Positions 37,376-50,660 of a stretch of 64,000 bases of DNA are shown one piece after another; position 1 is the first letter of the stretch, and every line of letters starts with the position of its first letter. The position numbers and the translations under genes were made by a program. Below the pieces are notes generated by a model. The model was not told the DNA's origin, did not search any database, and saw only the letters and a program-made list of their open reading frames with translations. Source of the stretch: Sphyrna mokarran (lineage: Eukaryota); NCBI GenBank assembly GCA_024679065.1, contig JAGIQG010000011.1, positions 69,750,001 to 69,814,000 of the forward strand. Reading direction: 5' to 3'.

Positions 37376-37504
37376 AAGAAGACAATTCCAGAAACACTTG
37401 ATATTATCCAGGACCAAGCAGCCTGCTGGATTGGCATCCCACCCACGATGTTCAGCATTCATTCCCTTCACTAACAAAAAAAAATCAACATGCTAAACAT
37501 ATTA

Positions 37505-38545
37505 GGCCCTAAATTCTGACACTTCTGTTCTGCCAATAAGAATTGTGATGTACCAGAACTCCTATACAGTCTTGCTCATGATGCAGGTTGCCACCCCAAA
37601 GTGTTGGGGGCAGGATCATTATCAACAGAGTGGATTGACAGACTCCAATCAATAACTGGACTGCCTGTGTTGATGGGGGCAGAGAAACCAATGGGAGTCC
37701 CTAAATAGCTTTTACACTGCTGGGCTTTCCCATTTTGATTGTCTCTGCCCCTGCCAGTTATGTAATGGGATTCCCACTACAAAAGTTAGGAACCCCTATA
37801 TATATATACCACTGCACAATTAGTGGGCCCCCTGCTCAATTGTCTCCAAATTCGGATTTCAGTTTATAACAACATTAGACAAACAGCAATCTTGTGAACG
37901 GTCCTTGTCATGGGCACCAGGTAACTACAGCCCCCAAGATGAGAGAGTCATGTAGCCTGATAGTGTGGGCACCACTCTGCCTTCCAACACAGCCTCCCAG
38001 CACCGCCATCTTGCACAGTCCAAGCACTGCCATCTTATGCTGCTCCATGGTATTGCCCCGATACTGCCCCCTGGCAGTGCTGTGGACAATGCCAGGGCAA
38101 GTATCAGTGAAAACAATCAGACAGTGGCAAGGAGCAATGCCAGGGGACCTGGAGCCAGTGCAATGGGGAAAATGCCAAAAGATAGTTTCTAGGCACTGGC
38201 AAGGATTGGGGTGGGGTGGTGCGGTGTTTGGTGGTAGTGGGGGGGGTGCTGGTAGGGGGGTTTCCATCTCCTTGGGAGTGAGTGTCTCCATATCCATGGG
38301 AAATTACAATTTTACAATTTTTGTAAGATCTTTTGTAAAATCTTACAATTTTTGTAAGATCTCTTGGAGGCCGAGGTTGCTGTGGGTCGGGTTTATTCAG
38401 TACCCACTCTCCCAACATGACACGGCGGGGCCAGCACTTTTTAAACTAAGTTTCAAAATATTTGATGGGAAAAGTCGCCAGTGGAGTCAGTGGGCTGCAT
38501 AATGCTTTCCCCACCTGAGTTACAAAAAAATGAGAAAATTCCACC
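37505..38545. mobile_element. Non-autonomous DNA-transposon-like element (probably PIF/Harbinger-derived)
   Basis: GC-rich ~1-kb island from ggccctaaattc to gaaaattccacc, rich in tgcc/ggca motifs; right end shared with 32500-32552. Confidence 0.5.
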
Positions 38546-40099
38546 AACGTATCTGAAGATCATACTGTCAACAATCAAGAAGACCAGATATCACTCCAAA
38601 GGCAGAGATGTTTTGAAAGGATGAAAATTAATGTTGTCCAAATGCTTATTACTGTAAGAATTAAATGAGCAGGTGGAGTACCTGAGCAGCCCCAAGATAT
38701 TTCAACGATGGAGGGATGATGGAGATAAAATACTCTTGTCTTCAACCACCCCCCCATATTGAAATTTTAGCTTGAGTACAGGTCTACTGAGCTTGTTACA
38801 CCATTACATCAGACCTGACAGCTGTATTCCTTTAATTCCAATTCCCCACCTCATTTAACAGCTAGAACCCATATGTTATTGTCACATTTTGGTCTCTTAT
38901 TAACTGAAAACTGACTCCACAAAGGGGAATTCTCATCTAATTGATGCCCAGCACTTTATAGCTTGGCCTCACAGGAATGACCAATGATTAGATCCCTCAC
39001 ATTGTGGCATCTCTGATTAAAAACCTGCCCTCTTTACCAGGTCCCTTCTGCCTTATATCTGCCTGTGAATCAAAACAAAGCAATAGGAAGTGTATTCTCC
39101 GGCATCTTTTACTTTGTGTGGCTAACTATTAAGGCTACTATTCCACAATTTACCAAAGCCTTTCCTTAACCCTCACAGTTAAATCCAATTCGGCACTTCA
39201 TTTGTTACACTTTGTTATTTGAAATATCAATCTCTACAGCACTGGTCAAAGGTTTCAGCCATCAATCTGAGCACCTGCTGATATACCACTTTCAAGTTTT
39301 CTACAGTAGCGTAGTCCCAAACACAGGGCTACTTGAATTGATTCTTGACACCTCAGAAATCTCCTGGTTCCTCACAGGACCTCTAATGATCCCAGATCCG
39401 CTTCTATTTAGCCATACCAACTACATAATTTTTTGCCAGCCTACACTGTAGTGTGCAGGTTCACTTAAAACCTCATACCCTGCAGAGCATTTACACTCCA
39501 TTTACACAACTCTAAAGACATGTGCCTGTCTGTCTTTTGGAAGCTCTTCTTAAATTGCACAGAACATATAAGGAGACAGTTAAAGGAGTGTCAACTAAAT
39601 TAAATGTTTGTTTTCATTCAAGGGAAAAGTTGGAAGGACTATGCACCAGCTTCATTTTGCAAGTAGTTAGTTTAATGAAATATTTCAGTGCTGCCTGTGT
39701 CACCCCGATATTAAATTTTTACAATGAATTATCAGTTAATTACTTGATATTAAACAATACTTTTTGCAATTAAAAGGATGAATTTCAGAGACAAATAGGT
39801 AGACAAACAGAGAGCCATGGAGAACAAAATGAAATGTCACCTTAAAAGAATGCAGAGACTGAAATACACCGTTAACTTGCACCCACTGATTCCAATGCAT
39901 GTAACATATAAACATTGTATTGCTTGGTCATTTACATGAGTTAAGTGGTTTATGCAGAGATTCAAGTTAGTCTGCACCACATGAAACGAGCTAGCAAACC
40001 CAAAAGTGAAGGTGCACTTTGACCGGAGCAGCTGCTGAAAGTCCTCTGGGAAGTAGGCTCAAAGTTTCACTAATGTAGTACAGGATCTCCTCTTGCTGG

Positions 40100-40880
40100 A
40101 ATTGGATTAGAGGGAACCCTTACTCAAAGGGATCAGATAGGTGAAGCATTATTCAAACACCCCAGGGATCTGTACAATTGCATATCCTGTGGCAGCATGT
40201 CTCTCCTTAGCTACATATTGTCCCCTATGCATTGCAGTCATCAGTCAGGTAGCCAGTGAAAAGAGTTTGTTACCCAGTGGTCATCCTCTTGGTGGCTCAA
40301 ATGCTGAAAGCAAACTGGGGTAAATTGACAAAATCATGACTGTTGCAGGAATACTGGACATTGACCTACATGACGCATTAAACATGGTCACACAGCAGCT
40401 CGACCTGAAAGAAATTGAACTCTTTCTGTTTGCATTATGAGTTTACATATGTTGCTCTCAAAAGGAATATGTGTGCAGTCAATGGCACTCTGTACCAGAG
40501 AGTTTATCACAGTGAAGCCATATGCACACTTTGCTTGATTCTCTCTGGGAAGGAATGTTGCAATGCACTCCTCTTTTCACATGTAGGACATAAGTAATCT
40601 CCCTTATACAACAGTGGACAGTAAACTGCAAAACATTTCAGATGCTGCAGCGAAGAAGGAGCACAACACACAGAAGCCCATGGCCATAGTCATTGGCAAT
40701 GTTGTGCTCACCTTTGTTTGGGACTGCAGGTCTGTCTAGTGAACCAGAGGTATTATACATGCTGCTCCTCACTTAGACTGGATTAGGAAAATATTTTCCT
40801 GAAGATATTACATAAGGCATCCTGGTGAGAGTCCTTCTTCCCCTCCTCTTGGCAGTTTTTTCTTCTCTGTGCTTATTCTC
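40100..40880 (-). pseudogene. Decayed PIF/Harbinger DDE transposase (HARBI1-family)
   Basis: Minus-strand translation in order: LVQSAIDCTHIP (about 40498-40463); NRK/FNFFQVELLCDH...VNVQYSCNSHD; LGNKLFSLAT*LMT; KERHAATGYAIVQIPGVFE*CFTYL. These match the Harbinger motifs GAIDCTH, NRKG.HS.NVQ.VCD, YPGS.HD, LLGD.GY...WLMTP and N..H..TR..IE..IG.LK.RF. Multiple stops and frameshifts. Confidence 0.88.
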
Positions 40881-41537
40881 CCTGACAGGTCAAAAGCCAA
40901 ATGAATTACAAACTACTGCATACGTGACCAGAAACAAGTATATGAGTATAATCTTTCAAGCCACAATCAATGTCTTTACCACAAACTACACTGGTTCCCT
41001 GTAGATTTCTGCAACTTTGCCTAGCAGACATATACACTAACTCAACAACAGCCATTAGAAATTAATCAAACTACTAACCTCAAAATTGTGTTTTATTTAA
41101 CAGTGCAGGTGGTTAGTGGGGTTGAAGTGATCCTTCCTGCTTCTGAATGTCTGTCCATTTGTGTGAGGTTAAGATGGAGCATTAAGCTAGAGGATTCGGG
41201 ATCAAAATTGTTCCCACTACAGTCAAAGCAGTGTTATAAGGGTGACTGACATCATAATCTGCCTACTTTGCATTCCATACACTCCCAGCACCACTGCTTA
41301 ACAACCTATCCAAAGCAATGTCCAGTGTGACCAGGCTCAGAAGTATGCTCCTGCAGCACAGAATAAATTCTGGATCTGATACTATTTCCACAACATGAAT
41401 ATATTAGTGCCACACAACTGAATTTTGCGTCAGTTGTGAATTAACAGAAGAATGTAGTCTCCCATTAATTTTGCATAAAAGAAGGAATTATTTTACAGGC
41501 TGTTAATGTAAAAATGAGAACATCATATGACAGTTTA

Positions 41538-41710
41538 CTACAATAACAACTTGCATTTATGTAGGCCCATTCCCACTGTAAAACAATTAAAGGCAATTTG
41601 AGGAAGGTTCACAAATGAAATTTTACCCTGAGCTTGTTCAATAAGCAGAATCAGGAGTGGTGACTAAAAGTTTAGTCAGAGGCAGTCTTTAAGGGGAAGG
41701 GATATCTTAA
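41538..41710 (-). mobile_element. L2 LINE 3' terminus
   Basis: caataacaacttgcatttatgtagg...ggtgactaaaagtttagtca...tttaagg...tcttaa corresponds to the reverse complement of the L2 3' UTR seen at 24185-24290 and 25340-25403. Confidence 0.6.
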
Positions 41711-43007
41711 GAAACTCCAAGGAGAATAACGGACAGGAATAATACTTAAAAATGTGCTTTCTCGACATTAAAAATTAAACTTTAGTCATATTATAAACAC
41801 AATTTGAAAGGCAAATGGGAGAATGAGACAGTTTCTATTTTAAACAGTTAAAAAGTTCCAGCTAATCAGCTAAGAGGGCCAGCTGACTGGGCCGACCAAA
41901 CAAATTGAATTGTTGATGTTCCTTTTTACATTTAATCGGGTGAATGGAGCAATGAGAAAGTCAACCACTCTTGATTAAATTGTAAATTGTCCTGTGCTTG
42001 ATGAAATTGTGAACATGGGGAAAGGATCTAATTACTTATCCTCGGCAACTCAGAGCTGATAAATTTGGGGTACATTAATTATACTGTTAGAAACAATTCT
42101 TTGACAGTGAGAAGAAAAAGAAACGTAACAGCAATGTTCATTTTAGAAAGCTGGAAAGCAGGTGTTATCAAACTATCAAGAGACGAAGAAGTAGATTTGT
42201 GACAACAGCATGTAGTGTCTGAACACAGTACTTATGTTTGGCAAAGACACTACAATTAAGGAGTAAATATAGCCTAAATCTAAAGTTAGATTGAAGCGCA
42301 ACTTGGTGTTGAACACAATACGTGTTTAGTGTCAATGCAAAACGGAAATCACCTCTCATTGATGCCAAGCTTGTAAAGTAAGTATACTCGTGGTAAGTTA
42401 GCTGAAAGTCTACATACTTGTGGCTGATTGGGAGGCTATACTAAAAGGCACTAGAGAGATTCAAATAAAAATGGCAGAATAGTATTTGGTATCAGTGAGT
42501 TCAGTATAAATGGATTAAGTTTTTGATTTGTAGTCAGAGCAAGAATTGATAGAGGAAGATGAGGTTTGCAGAATGATTTTCTTTTTCCCACCAACTTAAG
42601 ATATAATGAATGCTAATACATGAATGGTGTTGGATTGGTCAGCACTGCAAGACAAAGATAGATTTAAGGATGTTTACTGAGGACAAAAATAATTCCTTTT
42701 GGGAGTATTTGATAAACAATGAGGCTAGAAATCTGGGAGGTGAAGATTTCATGATGGTGTATGTGTTGAGATGCCCCGGCCCAGATCCCAGACTTCTGAA
42801 GTCGGTGATAGTACCTTAATTTGCTTGGCAGTACAAAGTAACTGTTACTGAGGTCGGGGCTCCCCATCCAGCAAAGAGCTCACAAAGTATTAGTAAAATG
42901 CTAACTGGTCTGAGCAGAGATATCAGGTAATTCCTCATGCAAATGATAACTTAAAGGTTTCCTGTGAAAAGGGAGCTACAATTAAGTAATAACATCAAAC
43001 TCACCAT

Positions 43008-43315
43008 TCTTCCCTGCTGCCATTAGACTTTTGAATGGACTTACTTTATATTAAGTTGATCTTTCCCTGCATCCTAGCCATGTCTGTAGCACTACATTCT
43101 GCACCCTCTCCTTTTTTACTTTTTGATTTCATTTATTATTGTCACATGTATTAAAATACAAACAAAAGTATTGTTTCTTGCACGTTCTGCAGAAAAAGCA
43201 CACCGTTCATAGAGAAGGAAACCAGAGAGTGTATGAACAGCATGCTTTGCCTATATAGTGCATAAGAAACAATATCTTTCACTGTATGTTAATACATGTG
43301 GCAATAATAAATTGA
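43008..43315 (+). mobile_element. Rex1/Babar 3' tail with an antisense copy of the same tail nested at 43120-43231
   Basis: 43008-43113 and 43232-43315 are collinear with 14570-14755. The middle part is collinear with the minus-strand tail at 33231-33340. Confidence 0.8.
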
Positions 43316-44464
43316 ATAATTCTTCGGATGCCCAGACAAGAATCCTACTCTCATTCACTAGGCAGTTTGGGTATTGGTGATTTCTAATGGGCTGGAAAGA
43401 TGGAAACTGGGAAAAGTAGGAGTCCTATCTAAGCATCTCCTCAAATGCTGCTAATCTATTAAAAGGCATGCAGAAAATGGTACTTTTCAGCATACCAATG
43501 AGGAAATTGGGAGATTAAGCATATGGTAGTGAAGAATACAATAATTAGTGGCAGTCACTTTTGGAGACAAGACAGGCAAGTGTGAATGTAAAAAGAGGGG
43601 ATTAATATACTGAGTAAGAGCTTCATACTTGGCTCTAATTTTTAATGTTATCCCATTAAAAATCAGATAGCAGCAGAACATGAAGCAAAGACAATAGGTT
43701 GTTCCTTCTTCTTTTTCCACTACATTTTGTTGTTGCAGAAGTCAAGTGTTATTTAATGTATGGGCAGGCTCCCTCTTGGTGGTGGGAATTTTGCTATGAT
43801 CTCACATTCATTGTTTACACCCCTCCCCAGAAAGAGGGTTGGTGCTGCGGAGATTTTAGAAGATTAAGTGGATGTTCCATTCTTGTTGGACTATCAGCTT
43901 GAAGATCAAAATTCAGGTCAAAGTTGGGAAAGGGTGGTGAGCAATATTTTTTTGAAGACTGCTCTAAATTTTGGTCATGTAAGAGTTCACTTGTGAAGCG
44001 GGAGGAAAGTTTGACAAAATTGTCAAGAACTTTGTTGAAATCTATTACATCATATCACAAGCACTTCCTTCAGAACACTATGAAATCAGTAAAAGTTGAG
44101 TAAAATTCAGATTACTTTGTCATTTTTGGTACTGAAAACAGATTGGCAAATTGTGGTTCTATTCCCATAATTTCAGAGTGAAGGGATAACACCAATATAT
44201 TGGAAGACACACAATCTCAGAGAAAATTTTGCGAGAAGATTGATGACCACGGTCTCTTGAAAAATGTCAGGCAAACTCAAGAATAAAAAGAATATTACGA
44301 TTAGTTGCGCATTAAATAGTTTGTGGCTGAAATTTATTTCCCCAGTTTCTAGGATTTTCTAGTGACTTGAGATCTCTCTTACCATGATTATAAAAATGGT
44401 ACTTTGCAATTGGTTTACGGGATGTAATCATGGACTGCTGGACCCTATAATTCCATAGACATGG

Positions 44465-44660
44465 AAATCTGGAATTTTCTCCACAAAAAGTTGTTGCAGA
44501 GAAGGTCAACACACAGATCAATAGATGTCTGTGAGACAAAGTTATTCATTATTACAGAACCAAGACAGGAAGATGGATTTGAGAAATGAATTAGCCATGA
44601 TCTAACTGAATGGTGGAACGTGCTGGAGGTGTTGAAGGACTAATGTAATATGTGCCTATG
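44465..44660 (+). mobile_element. Old CR1 3' end
   Basis: aatctggaattttctccacaaaaag...cagatcaatagat...ttagccatgatctaactgaatggtggaac; similar to 54260-54390. Confidence 0.55.
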
Positions 44661-45599
44661 TATGGCTTTTAATATTAACTGTGATCATGCGTATATTATG
44701 TGGAGAACATGGAACAGAATCCACTGTTGTACCATGTTGCAATTAATCTTACAATCAAAGTAATATACTATCAGGCTGCCTGATACATATCATTTATTTT
44801 TGAAATTGGTAAAACAAAAGTTTCTGTTGGGTTGTCAAAAACATAAAATGCCTGAAGTTATTTAATCTTAACAATTAAATAGCAATATATTTCAAAAAAA
44901 TTCTGCAAAATGAAAGAAGTTCAAAAGGTGTAGAATTTTAAAGTTAGCTCATAAGGCATATTGAGCATAACAGTATAATGTGCTTGTGCTCTGCTTCCCT
45001 GCTCCAATTACAGAGACACTGTAAAACACTGGAGCACATGCATTAACAACCCCTACTCCTAGAAACACTCATCACTGCTATGTTAAGTGCACTGATTATA
45101 ACTTCCTCCATTGACTTGTACTGCAAAGCTAATACTGTCAATTAAAAATGGACTAAATTATTCCACCCACTGCACACTGTCTGAAGAGTTCTCTAACCTT
45201 GCTCAAAAGCACTTCAGCTCCAAGCCATCAAGAATTCCTTAGGCCTTGACATTTGTTGACACTGTGCGTAATAATACATATGCTTAAAATGGATCACTTT
45301 GCAACTAATTTTATGACTGAAGTATGATACCTATTTATATTGGTAAAGGCACAAGCACTTTTCCAGAGCCCACTCCTCAAATAAATATTAGGTCCACAAT
45401 TTTCCAGCTGCATTATGACCACTTTGGAATGGCATGGTGATCAGAAATTCGTGAGCGAGGGGGCCTGTGTGTTTAGCACCAGAGCGAACTCCCGTTGGGA
45501 TTCTCCCAGCCACCATGCCTCAACCTAATCTGCTTTCCATCCAGTGAGGAAATAAATATGCTTCATTCATTTGAAGTTGGATTCTCTGACTCTTGGGAG

Positions 45600-46030
45600 T
45601 AATGTATATATTTCTATAAGACCTCCCATCATTCTTCTGGATTCCAATGAGTATAGTCCCACTCTACTCAGTCTCTGCTCATAAGCCAACCCTCTCAACT
45701 CTGGAACAACCTAGTGAATCTCCTCTGTACCCACTCCAGTGCCGATACATCCTTTCTAAAATAAGGAGACCAAAACTGTACATAGTGGTCCAGCTGCTCT
45801 TTTTCATTTCATATATTTGTAGAAATTTTTGCTATCTTGTTTCTATATTCTGAACTAGTTTACTCTCATAATCCATCCTACCTTTCTTTATAGCTTTTTT
45901 CATGGTTTTCTGCTGAGCTTAAAAATTTCTCAGTCCTCTAGGTTCCCTCGAATCTTTGCCACTTTGTATGTTTTTTTTCAATTTGATACCTTCCTTTATT
46001 TCCTTAGATATCTATGGTGGATCATCTCTT
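45600..46030 (-). mobile_element. CR1 ORF2 fragments
   Basis: ggagaccaaaactgtacatag reads YVQFWSP and tagtgaatctcctctgtac reads VQRRFT on the minus strand. Confidence 0.7.
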
Positions 46031-46049
46031 TTTCCACAGTCCTTCCTGA

Positions 46050-48127
46050 AGCAACAACACCTTAGCACCACACACAATGAGGTTTATCTGACACACCCCC
46101 TCCCCCATCTCTCTCCCTTAGACTCACAATCAACCACACCCCCCCCACCCCTTCATATCCACTCAACTTCACTGTCTCACTGGGATGATATTGTCAGGGC
46201 TGGGCTGCCCCTTTTTATTAATGGCACTGCTGGCAAGGTGATTCCAGGCAGCCCTCTAATTAGTATCTGCATTCCTGCCTGTCAGGTATACAAATTCCTA
46301 AGTGATCAGGTTACTTCAATATTCATGCCCTCTGGTCACCTGGCAGGATTTTGAATCACTGCGGCATTCCATTCTGCAGCAAAGATTTCTCTTTCTCCCT
46401 GACAGAAACTCCATGTGTGAGCAAACCCCTTTGAAGTCCTGACAAAGAGGCAATGTCAATTCTATCTGTGGCAGTGGTAGGGGGCAGAGCTGGGGGGATG
46501 GCAATTTCCAGTCTACATAACACAAAATGTATGCACACAGCTTTAATTTAAGGTTTCTGAGGCTCCCCACCAAGTTAAAATCATTGAAACCCTTTCCATT
46601 GCACTTGAAGCCTTTGACCTATAATGAGTTAAACATGCAGTGCCTGGTAAATGATTCAGCTGCTAGCTCAGTGCATTTCTATCATCCTCCAGCCACCTGT
46701 GTTTATTTTTATTTTCCTTCACAGTTGAATGCATCACAAGACCTTTATTGTTCCTGACTGAAATGTTGGTAGACTCTAAGCCTGATGCTTTCTCTTTGAA
46801 GTAATTTGCAGCCGCCCTTCCTTCCTGGGTGAAATTACATCTCCTCTCTGTCAGAGGACTTCAAAGGAGTCTGCTCTCACTGGCAGCTTCTGATAAGGAG
46901 AAAGGAAAATCCCTCCAGCAGAATGGAGTGCTACAACGATTTAAAACCTTGCCAAGTGACCAGGGGGCATAGTTAAACTGACCTGGCCACTTCAGAATTT
47001 GCATAACTGACAGGCAAGAATTACGATAGATAGTCAAAGAACTACAATGCAGAAGGAGCCATTTGGTCCATTGAATCTGCACAAATCCTCTCAGAGTATC
47101 TTGCCCTGGCCCTCTCTCCTTGCCCTTTCCCTGTAAAACCTCACCTTTACCATGACCAATCTACCTAACCTTCAAATCTTTGGACTGTGAAAGGAAACTA
47201 GAGCACTCAATTCTGTCACATAGACAAGGGAAGAGTGTGTAAACTCCACTCAGTCACCCAAGGCTGAAACTGAGCCCCAGTCCCTGGCGCTTTGAGGCAA
47301 CAGTACTAACCATTGTGCCAGCTTGCCATCTCTAATGCAAATGTTGACCACAGGGCTGACTGAAATCTCCATGACAACAGGGATCTTAAGGTGTGCCAGG
47401 GTTAGAAGGGGCTGCCCACCATGAAACACCCCCATTCTAGCTGCGAGTGGGGAAGTCCTACCCACCCAAGCCCTATGACTCATGAGGAACTTCTCTCTGG
47501 AGCCTTGCAGCAGTAGGGAAAATGCCAATGGATCTACCTCCTCGGCACCCCACAGGGCCCAAGGCACCAAGCCACTGTCACAATGGTCAGATGCTTAAGG
47601 TCAAGCACTGTTGCACTGCCAAGGTGTGAGTTCTGAAGGAGGCTGGGTAGGGGTCTGAGGGGCAAGGGCACTGACCTGGGGATCTGGCAGGTAAGAAGAT
47701 CAGTGAGGGTCAGAGGGAAGGTGGGCTAAAGGGAGGGGGGAACTATGTGGTGGGATCTAAGGAAGGAGGGGAAAATCAGGTCACCCTTATGGCTACGTTG
47801 TGTGGTGAGGGGTTACCTGCTATTTATGGGAGGGGGGTGGGGGATGAGAGGATGCCCCTCTTAGGTGATGGGGTGGTGACCTCTATGGGAGCCACAAGTT
47901 TCTGTGGGAGGTGGGTCTGTCTCCGAGTGCAAAGTTCAGGTAGTCATTTAAAATGGCAGCCTGGTCTCAGAACTGTGGGCTGGCTGATATGTTGTCTGTC
48001 ATGATTAAATTACTATCTATCTGACATCTATCAGGTGGAATGCTGCTAATGCCCTCCAGATTTCTCATAGGCATGGGCACTTTGTCCCAATTTGAGAGCC
48101 TCTGTCATTTTTTGGGAAAATTCTGGC
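46050..48127. mobile_element. Fold-back type non-autonomous element with long imperfect inverted arms
   Basis: 46271-46462 is the reverse complement of 46830-47022. The arm resumes after the SINE at about 47335 (matching 46195-46272) and ends in gggaaaattctggc. Confidence 0.65.
47025..47328 (-). mobile_element. HE1-type SINE inserted in the right arm of the fold-back element
   Basis: ctacaatgcagaaggagccatttggtccattgaatctgcac...aaactccactcagtcacccaaggc...tccctggcgctttgaggcaacagtactaaccattgtgcca. Confidence 0.9.
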
Positions 48128-49093
48128 TTAGTTCAAGCCAGAATATACAAGTGGGAATGAAATGCCTGTTTGAAATATCCCCTCGGGTAAATGGAAATAT
48201 CCATATCCAATATCGGTCACAACACAGTCATAATAATAATCGTTATATGTGGCCTAGCCAGCTGCCCTTAAAGCGGTCACCTGAAGTCCTTTTAAAAAAA
48301 TACAATAGTCCCAGTAGCCTTTGATTTTGTCTCTCCTAAGTCCCCTTCTCTCTATCCAGATCAACTTCCTCATCCCTCTTGGGCAATACCTCAGGATCAC
48401 TATCGGGATGCAGCAAACCCAACGACAACTTAACTTAACGGATAACCTGCCTCTCGAGCTGATTGGCATCCATAATCCCTTACAATGTGCTGTAGAGTCT
48501 TGAAATCTGGATTTGTGTAAATCTTAGGGCCCCCAGTTTCTGTAAATTAGCGAAAGTGAATCTACTTTCTTAATATTATCTTTATTTTCCCTGGATAAAG
48601 CAAGTAATAGCACTGTAGCTAGAAACTCATCCAGTGAGATGTGTCAAAGAGATTACTTGAATGTTGGATTTCCCACATAAAAAAAGTAATTTAATCTCAA
48701 TTTCCATGAAGGAAATACTTTATATCTAACTCATGCATTTGATACCCTTAAATATATACCCCGTGAACAGACAGCCTAATGAAAAGCCATTTAAAAGAAT
48801 AGGTTCTGAATTTAATCTTTTTTTATGGTGGATATATTGGCAACAAAACGTGGCTGGGTTTTTCACTTTTCATTTGTAAAATCCAATGTGCAAGTTTGAT
48901 TCTTACTGTTGCAAAGGGGCTTTTTATGAAATAAATATTGTGCACTCAAATAAATCAGAAATAAGAATCCAGCAATTGCATCTATATCTATTTATAAATA
49001 TATAAAATATCCAAACACAGTTTACCCAAACCATCAAACTATTGAAACAAAGCTCATTAGTATCAGTTAATTGATTATGTTGTGTAATTTCAG

Positions 49094-49432
49094 GGGACAG
49101 AAATATTAGCAGACTGCAGATAAATAGGTTGGCAGTGGAGCATTCAGTTGATTTCATATGCAGGATGTATTACAAAGAAAGGTTATTACAGCATTGCTTA
49201 AGTCTAGAATACTTATTTTGGACATGGATTAGGATTTTTAATTACGTTTGTCCTAAGATTTTGCATTAAAATTCTGCCATAAAGGTACAATGAGCCTTTG
49301 AAGTTCTGGATGAATGCGCTATATTTTCCAAACACAAGCTTTTGGATTTTTTAGAAAGCTTTATGACTAATGAATTAAACTTATATTTTAACATTGATCT
49401 GCCAGATTTCCACAGGGCAAGGATAAGACAGC
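49094..49432 (+). repeat. Left arm of a ~335-bp inverted duplication
   Basis: Reverse complement of 50661-50993; by eye about 6 substitutions and 3 small indels. ORF-track peptides are duplicated on opposite strands (MKSTECSTANLFICSLLIFLS; ILALWKSGRSMLKYKFNSLV). Confidence 0.97.
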
Positions 49433-50660
49433 GGGAGGATGGGGGTGGGGCGGTGGGGGTTGGGGCTGGTGTATGACAGAGACGGAGTTCAAGATTACAA
49501 ACTCCCAAAGGCTTTTTCTAGTTTCCTCTTAGTCTCAACAAACTTTCGAACTTTTCCTGCCCCACAGCCAACCCTTCATTCTGACTGCTTACAATCACCT
49601 TTTTCACAATTTTCCACTGCCGACCACAACAGTCTCCCTCTACCCCTGCCACCGATCATCCTTAATCCCATATTGAGAAGAACATGGCTGTGGCTAGGGG
49701 ATTGTCTGAAGTGCTCTGTTGCTGTCAATGGTTAGTAACATCCAGACAAAGAGGAAGACCCAACGTCTAGTCACAAGGCAAAAGACCAAAGCATTGGGGA
49801 TACTCCCACAGAAATGTTTGCATCTCCCTTTCTAACACAAACCAGTTAATCTTCCACCTATTCTGTCAACCCCAATGGGGTGGCGTTGAAAGACATTGGC
49901 TAGTATAATTCTTCAGACTTCTCAGAGAATTTTAAGTTTTAAAGTTTATTTATTAATGTCACAAGTTGGCTTACATTAACCCTATAATAAAGTTAATGTG
50001 AAAATTCCCTATTCGCCACACTCTGGCACTTGTTTGAATACATTGAGGATAATTTAGCATGTTCAGTGCATCTGACTGTTTTTTAGGGCAAATCCAGGGA
50101 ATGTGGGTTGCAGCTGGAGAGGAATGAATGGAAAGGGTTAAACAGACAGCACTGTAGTATCCACATTCATTGCAAGCAGACAAATTACCAATAAATACAT
50201 CTTGGTTGGCACTAAAATTGTCACACTCTAGTGGGATCATTCCAAGGTCACAGCAACAGTAAGAGAATTGATATCACTTATCAAGGTTCCAAAAGATCCT
50301 GAGGAGCCATTATGCTCCTGGAAAACTAATAAGTATCAGGGAGATGGGACAATTAACACATCATCAAAATCAGTTTGACAAACACAATACTTTGATATTG
50401 TAAACAGATAGACAGGCTATGTCCAGAAAATGATTAAAGTTAATGTACACAGGACGATGAATCAATATAATGTGATCAAAAACAGAACTGTAACCAATTC
50501 AAAGTAATAATTCAATGACCTAATTGAAGTGTAGCACTTTGTAATGTGAAAGGGTATAAGAATATGTAAGAACAGATGAGTAACTTGGAAGCAAGCTGCA
50601 GTTATAGCCATGAATTCTGCACTCCCTCATGCATGTTGAATAAAGCAATTTTTCTTCATG

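Noticed and set aside
37894-38502. Longest ORF (202 aa) and overlapping ORFs as a protein-coding gene
   Set aside because: It lies in a GC-rich repeat with open frames on both strands and low-complexity translation. The scarcity of stops is explained by composition.
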